Translations under genes and position numbers: made by a program
The notes under the pieces: generated by a model
What the model saw: the letters and a program-made list of their open reading frames with translations, nothing else
Told to the model about the DNA's origin: nothing
Databases searched by the model: none
DNA from: Chloroflexi bacterium GWB2_54_36
GTDB lineage: Bacteria > Chloroflexota > Anaerolineae > Anaerolineales > Anaerolineaceae
Assembly (NCBI GenBank): GCA_001796355.1
Contig: MGMG01000081.1
Coordinates: forward strand, 196-64,195
Reading direction: 5' to 3'
DNA: 64,000 nt
Shown here: positions 56,003 through 64,000 of the stretch, in pieces
How the letters are laid out: each line of letters opens with the position of its first letter
How positions within the stretch are numbered: position 1 is the stretch's first letter

Positions 56003-56671
56003 TTAGCGCCGCTGGATAAACGAGAAAATTCCCAGCAAAATCCCAATACTGAACAGAATGAGGATCACCAATCCCATCGGCACACCGGAAAGGACCTGTC
56101 CACTGTTTGATGTTGTAAAAGTTGGCACGGTCAAAGGCGGCGGCGGGGTGAAAGTTGGCAGTCGGGTCGGCGCAGCGGTGACGATAAACTGAGCTGCCAG
56201 GGTCGGATCGATGGTTTGGGTCACTTCCGGAGTTGGGCTGGCAGGCGGCTGCACCACGGGCAGATTGCCCGGCGAAAGATCGACATATTTGCTAAAAACC
56301 CAGCCCTGCCCGCTCGGGACGCCGGCATAGCTGATCAAAATCCAATCCGAACCGCTCGACCTGCCCAGCGCCGGAACACTCTGGCCTTCCATCAGCACGC
56401 CAATTTTCGGGTAATACAGGGCATGCGGCCCGGAACGCACATTGATGGAGTCTTCATTTAATCCGCTTTTGACTGTAGCCATCACCCCGAGGGGTGTACC
56501 CGTAACCGTTGGGATCGAACCGGTCGGAATTTGCGCATTTGCCGGGTTGGTTCCCGCCGAAAGCAACCCAAAAGCCAGAAGACTCGTAATAATGATAGAA
56601 TAAAACAGATTTTGCGCGGATCGACGGCGCATTCGCAATCCAGGAATTTTCATAAAATCTGACCTCGCCAC
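56003..56671 (-). CDS. Surface protein: signal peptide, SH3b domain, Pro/Thr-rich linker and C-terminal TM
   Basis: INVRSGP, WILISY...GWV, PTRLPTFTPPPPLTVPT and a hydrophobic C-terminal tail. Confidence 0.8.
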   Translation of the reverse strand: MARSDFMKIPGLRMRRRSAQNLFYSIIITSLLAFGLLSAGTNPANAQIPTGSIPTVTGTPLGVMATVKSGLNEDSINVRSGPHALYYPKIGVLMEGQSVPALGRSSGSDWILISYAGVPSGQGWVFSKYVDLSPGNLPVVQPPASPTPEVTQTIDPTLAAQFIVTAAPTRLPTFTPPPPLTVPTFTTSNSGQVLSGVPMGLVILILFSIGILLGIFSFIQRR

Positions 56672-56686
56672 CGATTATAACCGACT

Positions 56687-57277
56687 ATGGACCAACGCAT
56701 TTACCACGGAAAAATATCCCCTCACGATTTTGCCCAGAGTTTGATCGCACATTTCAACCGCGGCAATTTACGCGTGCAGCAAGTCGGCAGCGGCCAACAA
56801 GTAGGGGTTCAAATTGCCAGCCGGCAAGGGGCGGAATCTGGCGGGCAAACCGCGCTTGGGATCATGATGCAAACCGTCGAAGACGGTGTATCCGTTCAAG
56901 TTGGCAAACAGGCCTGGCTGGGTGTAGCAGCCAGTCTGGGAATGACCGCACTGGCAGCCCTGCGGAATCCGTTATCCTTGCTCAACCGCATGGATGATCT
57001 GGCTCAGGATATCGAATATGTGCAGTTGACCGACGAGGTCTGGCGGGTGATCGATCAAACCGCCCGTTCTCTAAAAGCCGGGCATGAACTCTCGGAACGG
57101 TTGCGGCGGTTGGTATGCGACTACTGCGACACACCCAATCCGGTTGGCGAGCCCAGTTGTATTGCCTGCGGCGCCCCCTTGGGGAACGTACAGCCTGTTG
57201 CCTGCCCCAAATGCGGGTTTGTCGCCACCTCCCGCACGGCGCGCTGCCCAAACTGCGGTACGCTGCTGCCCTTCTGA
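56687..57277 (+). CDS. Double zinc-ribbon domain protein
   Basis: CDYC, CIAC, CPKC and CPNC at the C-terminus. Confidence 0.8.
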   Translation: MDQRIYHGKISPHDFAQSLIAHFNRGNLRVQQVGSGQQVGVQIASRQGAESGGQTALGIMMQTVEDGVSVQVGKQAWLGVAASLGMTALAALRNPLSLLNRMDDLAQDIEYVQLTDEVWRVIDQTARSLKAGHELSERLRRLVCDYCDTPNPVGEPSCIACGAPLGNVQPVACPKCGFVATSRTARCPNCGTLLPF

Positions 57278-57318
57278 AACAGGAAATTATTTCGGTTAAT
57301 TACAGTTCTACCGGCCGC

Positions 57319-58806
57319 TTAACGCCAGGTAAGACCGTTCAAATGAATAAATTCGTCCAATCCGGGCGGTCCCCAGGTGCCGGACTCATAAACCGGCAGA
57401 TTGCGCACCGGATTGTTTTTCCAACCATTAATAATATCGGTCACGTAGGACCATTGTCCGCGCACTTCGTCTGCGCGGGTGAATAGTGTGGCGTCACCCA
57501 TAATGCAGTCGAGGAGCAGACGTTCATATGCGTCAGGCGGCTCGCTGCCAAAGGTTTCATCATAATCGAATTCCATATTGACCGGTAGAATCTCATTGAC
57601 CGGGCCGGGTGCTTTTGCGCCAAACTCCAATCGAATCCCTTCATTGGGCTGTAAATTCAAAATCAAGGTATTGGGCGCATCGCCTGCCAGATTGGTCCAG
57701 TTGAACAATGAGAGCGGGGCTTGCCGGAAGCGAATCAAAATCTTGGTCATGCGGCCTGGCATGCGTTTGGCGGAGCGTACGAAGAATGGCACGCCAGCCC
57801 AACGCCAGTTATCGACGTACATGCGGACTGCCAGCAAAGTTTCGGTCACTGAATCGGCCGGAACCCCATCTTCGTCTTTATATCCAGGTACCCGTTTTTT
57901 GCCGATCAACCCCGAGACATATTGCGCCCGGAATGTATTCGTGATCACCTCCTGATCGCGTATCGGCCTTAACGCCTTCAGGACTTTTACTTTTTCGTCG
58001 CGTACAGCGTCTGCATTAAAACCGACCGGCGCTTCCATGGCAGTCAATGTAACCAGCTGTAGCAGGTGATTCTGGAACATGTCCCGGATCACGCCCGAAT
58101 TGTCATAATACCCGGCGCGGGTACCTACCCCCATGGTCTCTGCAACGGTAATTTGAACGTGATCGACATAACGCCGGTTCCAAAGCGGCTCAAAGATGGC
58201 GTTGGCAAAGCGGAATACCAGAATATTTTGCACAGTTTCTTTGCCAAGGTAGTGGTCGATCCGGTAAACCTGGTGTTCGGCGAACACCTTATGCACTTCT
58301 GTGTCCAGCGCAATGGCGGATTCAAGATCGCGACCATAAGGTTTCTCGATGATTATGCGGGTCCAACCCCGCGGCTGTTTGTTTATTCCTGCAGCGCCGA
58401 TCTGTGCGATGATCGTGGCATATTCCTCCGGCGGCGTAGCCAGGTAATACAGAATATTTTTTACCTGCAGCGCATCCAATTTATCGCACAGGCGTTTGTA
58501 GCCATCCGGATCCTCGAAGGTGGAGCGCAAATAAAAAGAATTTTGCAAAACCTTATTCATTGGGGCTTTGGCTGGTTTCTTGGGGGAAATATCTTCATCA
58601 ATCCCCGCTTTGAAGGTCTCGCGCAAGTTTTCATCTGACCATTCCCGGCGAGCAAACCCGATGATATAGGTTTCCGCCGGCAATTTACCGGCCTCTGTTA
58701 ATTCATAAATCGCCGGAATCAGCTTGCGGCGGGTCAAATCGCCGGTCGCTCCGAAAATAATGATCGCCAAGGGCGAATCGTTGTTGTTCACATGATCTGC
58801 ATTCAT
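57319..58806 (-). CDS. zwf: Glucose-6-phosphate 1-dehydrogenase
   Basis: [29 protein letters not shown] and YERLLLD. Confidence 0.97.
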   Translation of the reverse strand: MNADHVNNNDSPLAIIIFGATGDLTRRKLIPAIYELTEAGKLPAETYIIGFARREWSDENLRETFKAGIDEDISPKKPAKAPMNKVLQNSFYLRSTFEDPDGYKRLCDKLDALQVKNILYYLATPPEEYATIIAQIGAAGINKQPRGWTRIIIEKPYGRDLESAIALDTEVHKVFAEHQVYRIDHYLGKETVQNILVFRFANAIFEPLWNRRYVDHVQITVAETMGVGTRAGYYDNSGVIRDMFQNHLLQLVTLTAMEAPVGFNADAVRDEKVKVLKALRPIRDQEVITNTFRAQYVSGLIGKKRVPGYKDEDGVPADSVTETLLAVRMYVDNWRWAGVPFFVRSAKRMPGRMTKILIRFRQAPLSLFNWTNLAGDAPNTLILNLQPNEGIRLEFGAKAPGPVNEILPVNMEFDYDETFGSEPPDAYERLLLDCIMGDATLFTRADEVRGQWSYVTDIINGWKNNPVRNLPVYESGTWGPPGLDEFIHLNGLTWR

Positions 58807-58919
58807 GGTTTTTCCTTGTTATCGCACAAAAATGGATGCCAACTCCATGACCAGCTGATGGATCATACGGTTATAATGGGAGAATCATATCAGAGAACGC
58901 CTAAAATATTATTCCCATT

Positions 58920-59903
58920 ATGAAACTTTTTCCAGGATCGATCACCGATGTGCTCGGGATAAAAGTCGGGCACGACCAAGACCTGAGTGCCCTCACAGGC
59001 TGCTCAGTGGTGCTATGTGAAAGCGGTGCGATTGCAGGGGTCGACCAGCGCGGCGGCGCTCCCGGCACCCGTGAGACCGATTTGCTGCGCCCGATGCATC
59101 TGGTCGAGAAAGTACATGCGATCGTGCTGGCCGGCGGCTCGGCTTTTGGGCTGGAAGCTGCAACTGGCGTCATGCGCTATCTAGAGGAACGCAAAATCGG
59201 TTTCGACGTGCGGGTTGCCCACGTTCCCATCGTTCCTGCCGCAATTTTGTTTGATCTGGAGGTCGGTGACTCCACGGTGCGCCCGGATGCTGCCATGGGA
59301 TACCGCGCCTGCCAAAACGCAGCGTCACCGATGGTTAGTCAGGGGAATATCGGCGCCGGGACAGGCGCAGCGGTGGGCAAAATGTTCGGGGTAAAACGGG
59401 CGATGAAGGGCGGAATTGGCACGGCCAGTATGGATTTGGGCGGCGGCGTGATCATCGGCTCGCTGGTTGCCGTCAATGCTTATGGCGATATTCTGGATCC
59501 CACCTCCAACCGTTTGATCGCAGGACTGCTGGATCAAAATAGCGCTTTGGCCGACACCATGGCGATCATGAAAACATTCATGGGACGCAGGATCCTCCAG
59601 TTCAGCAGCCACCACAACACGGTGATCGGCGTCGTGGCGACCAATGCCAAATTGAGCAAAGAAGCAGTCAATAAAGTCGCCCAGACAGCCCATAACGGTC
59701 TGGCGCAAACCATCCGTCCGGCGCATACCATGTTCGATGGCGATACGATATTTGCACTCTCGACCAACCAGCGTCGCACGGATGTCAATATCGTGGCAGC
59801 CTATGCTCCTGAGGTGGTCGCACGGGCGATTTTGAATGCCATCATAGCGGCTGAACCGGCTGGCGGCCTGCCGACAGCGCGTTCTCTGGGTTTTATCGAT
59901 TAA
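58920..59903 (+). CDS. Peptidase S58 (DmpA / P1 family)
   Basis: ITDVLGIKVGH, GGAPGTRETDLL, GGSAFGL, NTVIGVVATN and HTMFDGDTIF. Confidence 0.9.
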   Translation: MKLFPGSITDVLGIKVGHDQDLSALTGCSVVLCESGAIAGVDQRGGAPGTRETDLLRPMHLVEKVHAIVLAGGSAFGLEAATGVMRYLEERKIGFDVRVAHVPIVPAAILFDLEVGDSTVRPDAAMGYRACQNAASPMVSQGNIGAGTGAAVGKMFGVKRAMKGGIGTASMDLGGGVIIGSLVAVNAYGDILDPTSNRLIAGLLDQNSALADTMAIMKTFMGRRILQFSSHHNTVIGVVATNAKLSKEAVNKVAQTAHNGLAQTIRPAHTMFDGDTIFALSTNQRRTDVNIVAAYAPEVVARAILNAIIAAEPAGGLPTARSLGFID

Positions 59904-60052
59904 TGGGTGGCTTCAATTTTATTTCCTGGAAATAATTTTAAATCCAACCGGCTATCGAGGGGACTGTAGCCAACCTATCCGTATAATAAACAAATATCGC
60001 CGGATCAGTCTGTTGTCTTCATTACATATTTATCATCGAAGGGAATAATCAA

Positions 60053-60898
60053 ATGATCACCATAATTGCAGATACAATATCGAGCATCCCACCTTCCCAA
60101 GCCGTTGAAATGGGAATCCCCTACGTCCCGCAAATCATTATTTTCGGCAGCGAGTCTTATAAAGATGATTATGAGATGGACACCGACACCTTTGTCAAAC
60201 GTCTGCGTGCATCTCCAGAATTACCCAAAACGGCTGCGCCGTCGCCTGCCATGTATGCCCCGCTTTACGAAAAATTCTCCGCTGACGGAAATACCGTGGT
60301 GGTGATTGCCCCCTCCGGCGATGTCAGCGGCACGCTGCGCGGCGCAACCGTTGGCGCTGAAGATTTCCCAGGGAGGGACATCCGGATCATTGACACCCGC
60401 ACTGTAGGCTCCGGATTAGGGTCACTCGTTCTTCAGGCGCATCAATGGGTGAAAGAAGGCATGGATGCAGATACACTGGTCGCCAAAGTGAAAGCGATGG
60501 CCAGCCGACAACGGGTCTATTTTATTGTCGACACGCTCGAATATCTTTACAAAGGCGGCCGGATTGGCGGCGCAAAAATGTTGATGGGCAGTTTGCTTCA
60601 GGTTAAACCCATTTTACAATTGACAGATGGCCACATTGAACCGTTGGAGAATCAACGCACAAAACGCCGGGCGATTGCCCGCCTGAAAGAATTGGTGGCT
60701 ACCGAATGCCCACGGGATGACAGCGCCCACCTTACCATTATGCATGGCGACGCTCTGGATGAAGCCAATGCAATTGCCGATGAAATTTCAGCCGAAACAG
60801 GAATGCCACGCCCGGAAATTTTCAATCTCCCGCCTGCTGTTCTGGTCCATGCTGGCCCGGGGGTAATCGCAGTGAGCTTTTTCGTCAAGCCTGATTAA
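60053..60898 (+). CDS. DegV family fatty-acid-binding protein
   Basis: PKTAAPS, DTLEYLYKGGRIG, VKPIL and HAGPG. Confidence 0.93.
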   Translation: MITIIADTISSIPPSQAVEMGIPYVPQIIIFGSESYKDDYEMDTDTFVKRLRASPELPKTAAPSPAMYAPLYEKFSADGNTVVVIAPSGDVSGTLRGATVGAEDFPGRDIRIIDTRTVGSGLGSLVLQAHQWVKEGMDADTLVAKVKAMASRQRVYFIVDTLEYLYKGGRIGGAKMLMGSLLQVKPILQLTDGHIEPLENQRTKRRAIARLKELVATECPRDDSAHLTIMHGDALDEANAIADEISAETGMPRPEIFNLPPAVLVHAGPGVIAVSFFVKPD

Positions 60899-60996
60899 TC
60901 CCATTGCCTGGGACACCAGTCCTCTATAAGCCCGTCATCATCCATGCACCCTATTGGGGCGATTTAGAACCAGATTGGCAGTTCTGCGCCAATAAT

Positions 60997-61032
60997 AAAA
61001 AGGTGGTCAGTTGAGAAAATCTGACCACCTTT
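60997..61032. terminator. Bidirectional intrinsic terminator between degV and hppA
   Basis: 12-bp perfect stem AAAGGTGGTCAG-N10-CTGACCACCTTT with an A-rich flank on the left. Confidence 0.75.
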
Positions 61033-61052
61033 CGCTTTAAAACCGTTTAGGT

Positions 61053-63347
61053 TTATTCCAGTTCAGGCACCGGGCGCTTGCTCTGCCAGACCGCCCAGAG
61101 GAAGCCACCGAACAGCACGATCACAGCCAAAATACCTATCGGACTTTTCAAAGTGAAGTTGACCAGGATCGGGGCTGCCAGCAGGCTGACCAGATTGACC
61201 ACTTTGATCATCGGGTTGAGCGCCGGACCAGCGGTGTCTTTTAATGGATCACCGACGGTATCGCCCACCACGCCGGCTTTGTGACGTTCAGAACCTTTAC
61301 CGGTATTGGCAACCAAGTCACGCGGCTCATCTTCGATCGATTTCTTGGCATTATCCCAGGCTCCGCCGGCGTTGGCCATAAAGACGGCCAGTAGTTGGCC
61401 GGAAAGAATGACTCCGGCCAGGAAGCCGCCAAGCGCCTCAACGCCTAGCACCAGGCCAACAAACAGCGGCATCGATATCGAAATCACCGCCAGCGGGATC
61501 AATTCTTTTTGCGAGGAGCGGGTGGAAATCGACACCACGCGGGCATAATCCGGTTTGACGGTGCCTTCCATGATTCCTGGCAGCCGGAACTGCTTGCGGA
61601 CTTCCTCTACAATCTGGCTGGCAGCGCGAGAGACTGCGCGAATGGAGAGGGAAGAGAACAACCACGGCAGCGCGCCGCCCAGCAGGAAGCCAATGAATAC
61701 GGTGGTATCCGAGATGCGGATCGCATCGAGCATCCCCGGTTTGACGCGGTTCACGTCAGCGATGTAGGAGGCAAACAGACTGACCGCCGCGATCACTGCC
61801 GAAGCGATGGCCACCCCCTTGGTGATGGCTTTGGTCGTGTTACCGACCGCATCCAGGTCCGCCATAATCTGGCGAGCGCGCAAAGTATCCGGATCGGTCA
61901 GTCCCTGCCAGGCCATTTCAGCAATGCCATTGGCGTTATCCGAAATTGGGCCGTAGGAATCCATGGCGACGTTGTTGCCGGTGTGGCTCAACATACCGAT
62001 ACCGATCATGGCGACAGCGTACAGCACATAGGTTGGGCCATCGCCCTGGTACAGCAGCAGCGCACCCACAAAAGAGATGGCGATCACGACAACTGCCCAT
62101 ACGCTGGATTCCATCCCGACCGAAAGGCCGGAAAGGATGGTGGTCGCAGGGCCAGTTTTTGTCGATTTCACAATTTCCTTGACCGGAGAGCGCTTGGTGG
62201 CGGTGAAGTAGGAAGTCAACGGGTTGAAAGCGACTGCCAGAGCTACGCCCAGAGCGGTCAAAGCGCCCATACGCCAGTCGTGCGCATAGAAGATCGCCAG
62301 CAGGAAGGCAAATACTATAGTGTTAACGCTGGAAACTTCATACGAGCGGAACATGGACTCTTCAGCATCGTGCGCTCGTAACCACTTGATCGGGAACTTT
62401 TCCCAGATCGGCACCGCAAAGGTCCCCAGGATCGAGCTGATCACGCCGATGGCGCGAATGATCAACGGATAAACAATGTACACGATCTGCCCGGTGGCTT
62501 CGTAAAGCACCAGACCGAGGATCAAAGCCGATACGATGGTGACTTCGTAGCTTTCGAAAATGTCAGCCGCCATACCAGCGCAGTCGCCAACATTATCGCC
62601 TACCAGGTCCGCTACAACCGCAGCGTTGCGCGGGTCATCCTCAGGGATATCTTTTTCAACCTTGCCAACCAGGTCGGCGCCAACATCAGCAGCTTTGGTA
62701 TAGATACCGCCGCCAACCCGCATGAACAAAGCCAGCAGCGTACCGCCAAAACCAAACCCAAGCAGTGCATCCGGGGCGGCCCGACCAAAAATAATAAAGA
62801 TAACAGTACCACCCATCAAACCGAGGCCGTCGGTGAGCATACCCGTAATTGTGCCGGCATAATAAGCGATGGACAGTGATTCGTTGAACGACCGGCGGGC
62901 AGCCGACGCCGACCTTACGCTGGCCTGAATGGCCATGCGCATGCCCAACTGACCGACAATCAGCGAAAACGAGGCGCCCAAAATAAACGCGATCGTACGG
63001 CCAAAGGCGACAATCAGTATAACTGCCTGTTCACCCAGGTGGCCAAACTCGCGTTGGGCTTCCAGACTGGGTTTGCCGGTGATGACACTCAAAAAGAGCG
63101 CGATTGTCAAAATCGCCATGGCCGGAAGGATGGTTTTTAACTGGCTTTGTAGGTAACCGTTGGCGCCGACGCGGATCGCATCCCATACTTCCTGCATTTT
63201 TTCGGTGCCTTTATCCTTCTTCAGCACACTGGCGCGCAGGAACCAGGCGTACAACAGGCTCAACAATGCAACCACCAATACCCCAAGCACGGCAATCTGC
63301 TCGAATGCAGTTGTCAAACCGTGCCTGGACATTCCAAAGATATCCAT
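61053..63347 (-). CDS. hppA: Membrane-bound cation-translocating pyrophosphatase, K+-independent H+-PPase type
   Basis: GGIYTKAADVGADLVGKVE, DNVGDCAG, DAVGNTTKA and GDTVGDPLKDTAGP; RBS GGAGG before ATG 63347. Confidence 0.95.
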   Translation of the reverse strand: MDIFGMSRHGLTTAFEQIAVLGVLVVALLSLLYAWFLRASVLKKDKGTEKMQEVWDAIRVGANGYLQSQLKTILPAMAILTIALFLSVITGKPSLEAQREFGHLGEQAVILIVAFGRTIAFILGASFSLIVGQLGMRMAIQASVRSASAARRSFNESLSIAYYAGTITGMLTDGLGLMGGTVIFIIFGRAAPDALLGFGFGGTLLALFMRVGGGIYTKAADVGADLVGKVEKDIPEDDPRNAAVVADLVGDNVGDCAGMAADIFESYEVTIVSALILGLVLYEATGQIVYIVYPLIIRAIGVISSILGTFAVPIWEKFPIKWLRAHDAEESMFRSYEVSSVNTIVFAFLLAIFYAHDWRMGALTALGVALAVAFNPLTSYFTATKRSPVKEIVKSTKTGPATTILSGLSVGMESSVWAVVVIAISFVGALLLYQGDGPTYVLYAVAMIGIGMLSHTGNNVAMDSYGPISDNANGIAEMAWQGLTDPDTLRARQIMADLDAVGNTTKAITKGVAIASAVIAAVSLFASYIADVNRVKPGMLDAIRISDTTVFIGFLLGGALPWLFSSLSIRAVSRAASQIVEEVRKQFRLPGIMEGTVKPDYARVVSISTRSSQKELIPLAVISISMPLFVGLVLGVEALGGFLAGVILSGQLLAVFMANAGGAWDNAKKSIEDEPRDLVANTGKGSERHKAGVVGDTVGDPLKDTAGPALNPMIKVVNLVSLLAAPILVNFTLKSPIGILAVIVLFGGFLWAVWQSKRPVPELE

Positions 63348-63424
63348 GTTGCCTCCAGGTATTAAAATATAGAAAAAGAGGGATAGCCCCTGACACAGCC
63401 AGGGGGTGCTCATAGAACAGCACT

Positions 63425-63452
63425 ATTGTATATATAAGCGCTAAATTGTCAA
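63425..63452 (-). promoter_or_regulatory. Putative hppA promoter
   Basis: Minus strand TTGACA-N16-TACAAT. Confidence 0.65.
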
Positions 63453-63498
63453 TAATAATGTGAAACATTAGTATTTCATTAGAAATTTCACAACCTAG

Positions 63499-63527
63499 TT
63501 GTATTTGAATTTTGATTGTTGTATATT
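63499..63527 (+). promoter_or_regulatory. Putative promoter upstream of a short terminated transcript
   Basis: TTGTAT-N17-TATATT with TG extension. Confidence 0.45.
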
Positions 63528-63575
63528 GTTATGCGGCCGTTTTCCGGAGCGTAAAATCGCTGCCGTGAGGCTTTG

Positions 63576-63603
63576 CGGGCGGAATCTGCATTCCGCTCGT
63601 TTT
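63576..63603 (+). terminator. Intrinsic terminator-like hairpin
   Basis: CGGGCGGAAT-CTGC-ATTCCGCTCG followed by TTTTGTGT. Confidence 0.6.
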
Positions 63604-63677
63604 GTGTGTCCATTAACATGACGACTATCACCGAGTGGCTCTCTTCATAAGGTTCGCTTACGGTGGCGAAACAGGTA

Positions 63678-63706
63678 TTGAAATTCAGACGTAAAAAGTG
63701 TATTCT
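63678..63706 (+). promoter_or_regulatory. Putative promoter of the sigma factor gene
   Basis: TTGAAA-N17-TATTCT with TG just upstream of the -10. Confidence 0.55.
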
Positions 63707-63808
63707 GAAATGGCAACCTGACCAGGCAGGCGACCGATGGAATTGGATAACGGAAAAATTCGAAGGATTTTGAAATCCTTCTACCATAAGAGGCAATTGG
63801 CAAGCAGA

Positions 63809-64000
63809 ATGGATAACCCTTTAATTAATGTTGTTGACGATGAAGATGAAGAATACCCTGCGATTGCAAGGTTAATTGAGCTTGGACGTCAGAAAACTTA
63901 CGTAACCATCGATGATATTCTGCATTTCTTCCCCGATGCCGAGCAAGATGTAGAACAGCTTGAGGAAGCTTTTGCGGCCTTGATGAGTGCCGGGATTCCA
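63809..64000 (+). CDS. rpoD: Primary sigma70-type factor, region 1.1; partial, runs off the right edge
   Basis: Not in the ORF track. Manual translation gives MDNPLINVVDDEDEEYPAIARLIELGRQKTYVTIDDILHFFPDAEQDVEQLEEAFAALMSAGIP, matching the region 1.1 pattern LIxxGKxxGYVTxDEI. In-frame ATG 63737 is an alternative start. Confidence 0.8.
   Translation, partial: MDNPLINVVDDEDEEYPAIARLIELGRQKTYVTIDDILHFFPDAEQDVEQLEEAFAALMSAGIP

Noticed and set aside
468-62381. Long opposite-strand or alternate-frame ORFs in the track (e.g. 468-1097, 1845-2450, 8981-9553, 24182-24877, 28338-29348, 46484-47170, 58066-58638, 61509-62381)
   Set aside because: Each lies inside a well-supported gene, has no recognisable motifs, and is the expected antisense shadow of moderately GC-rich codon usage.
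63459-63492. TGTGAAA...TTTCACA inverted repeat as a CRP or Rex site
   Set aside because: The half-sites are 20 nt apart, incompatible with CRP (N6) or Rex (N4) spacing, and the region is AT-rich, so chance is likely.
63488-63796. 102-aa minus-strand ORF in the hppA-rpoD intergenic region
   Set aside because: No motifs or clear RBS, and it overlaps plus-strand promoter and terminator signals; probably spurious.
1-64000. CRISPR arrays, IS elements, prophage genes, rRNA
   Set aside because: No regularly spaced direct repeats, terminal inverted repeats, cas, transposase or phage genes, or rRNA-like sequence were seen.

Overview
Bacterial chromosomal window with dense coding and no mobile elements, prophage genes or CRISPR array. 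The gene content and protein style suggest Chloroflexota, probably Anaerolineae; this is inference, not a database result. (1) 1-9961 is one minus-strand gene run: ssnA-like amidohydrolase, NADPH:F420 oxidoreductase, cofE, 2H phosphoesterase, cofC, Mer-like F420-type LLM reductase, hotdog thioesterase, FAD subunit, fused [2Fe-2S]-molybdoenzyme (XdhD/YgfN-like) and xdhC (truncated by the window edge). It resembles the ssnA-ygfM-xdhD anaerobic purine-degradation module, but carries F420 genes where the flavoenzyme YgfK would be expected. It is preceded by a ~240-nt leader with a folded 5' domain and a terminator-like hairpin. This locus is the best candidate for an undescribed system: F420-dependent reductive purine or heterocycle catabolism, possibly controlled by a cis-regulatory RNA. 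(2) 10-30 kb holds mostly housekeeping genes (M20 peptidase, DUF1385, comEA-yqeY-7TM-HD-ybeY-dgkA, nfo, xth, response regulators, LysM/M23, tRNA-Arg(UCU), tpx, hsp20-lon, mog), plus two unknown helix-turn-helix-like genes and a PHP-Schlafen(AlbA_2) fusion. (3) 30-40 kb is a minus-strand operon of four GT-C-like membrane proteins followed by MoxR-DUF58. (4) 40-64 kb has a zinc-ribbon gene, a NACHT-HEAT protein, ccdA-tlpA-DUF2085-pgeF-yggS-yggT-DUF167, an L,D-transpeptidase, hutH, a prenol-kinase-like gene, smpB, an MFS transporter, hydrolases, zwf, an S58 peptidase, degV, a K+-independent-type membrane pyrophosphatase, a candidate sRNA and the 5' end of an rpoD-like sigma factor. All family calls come from motif recognition by eye; no searches or folding programs were run.
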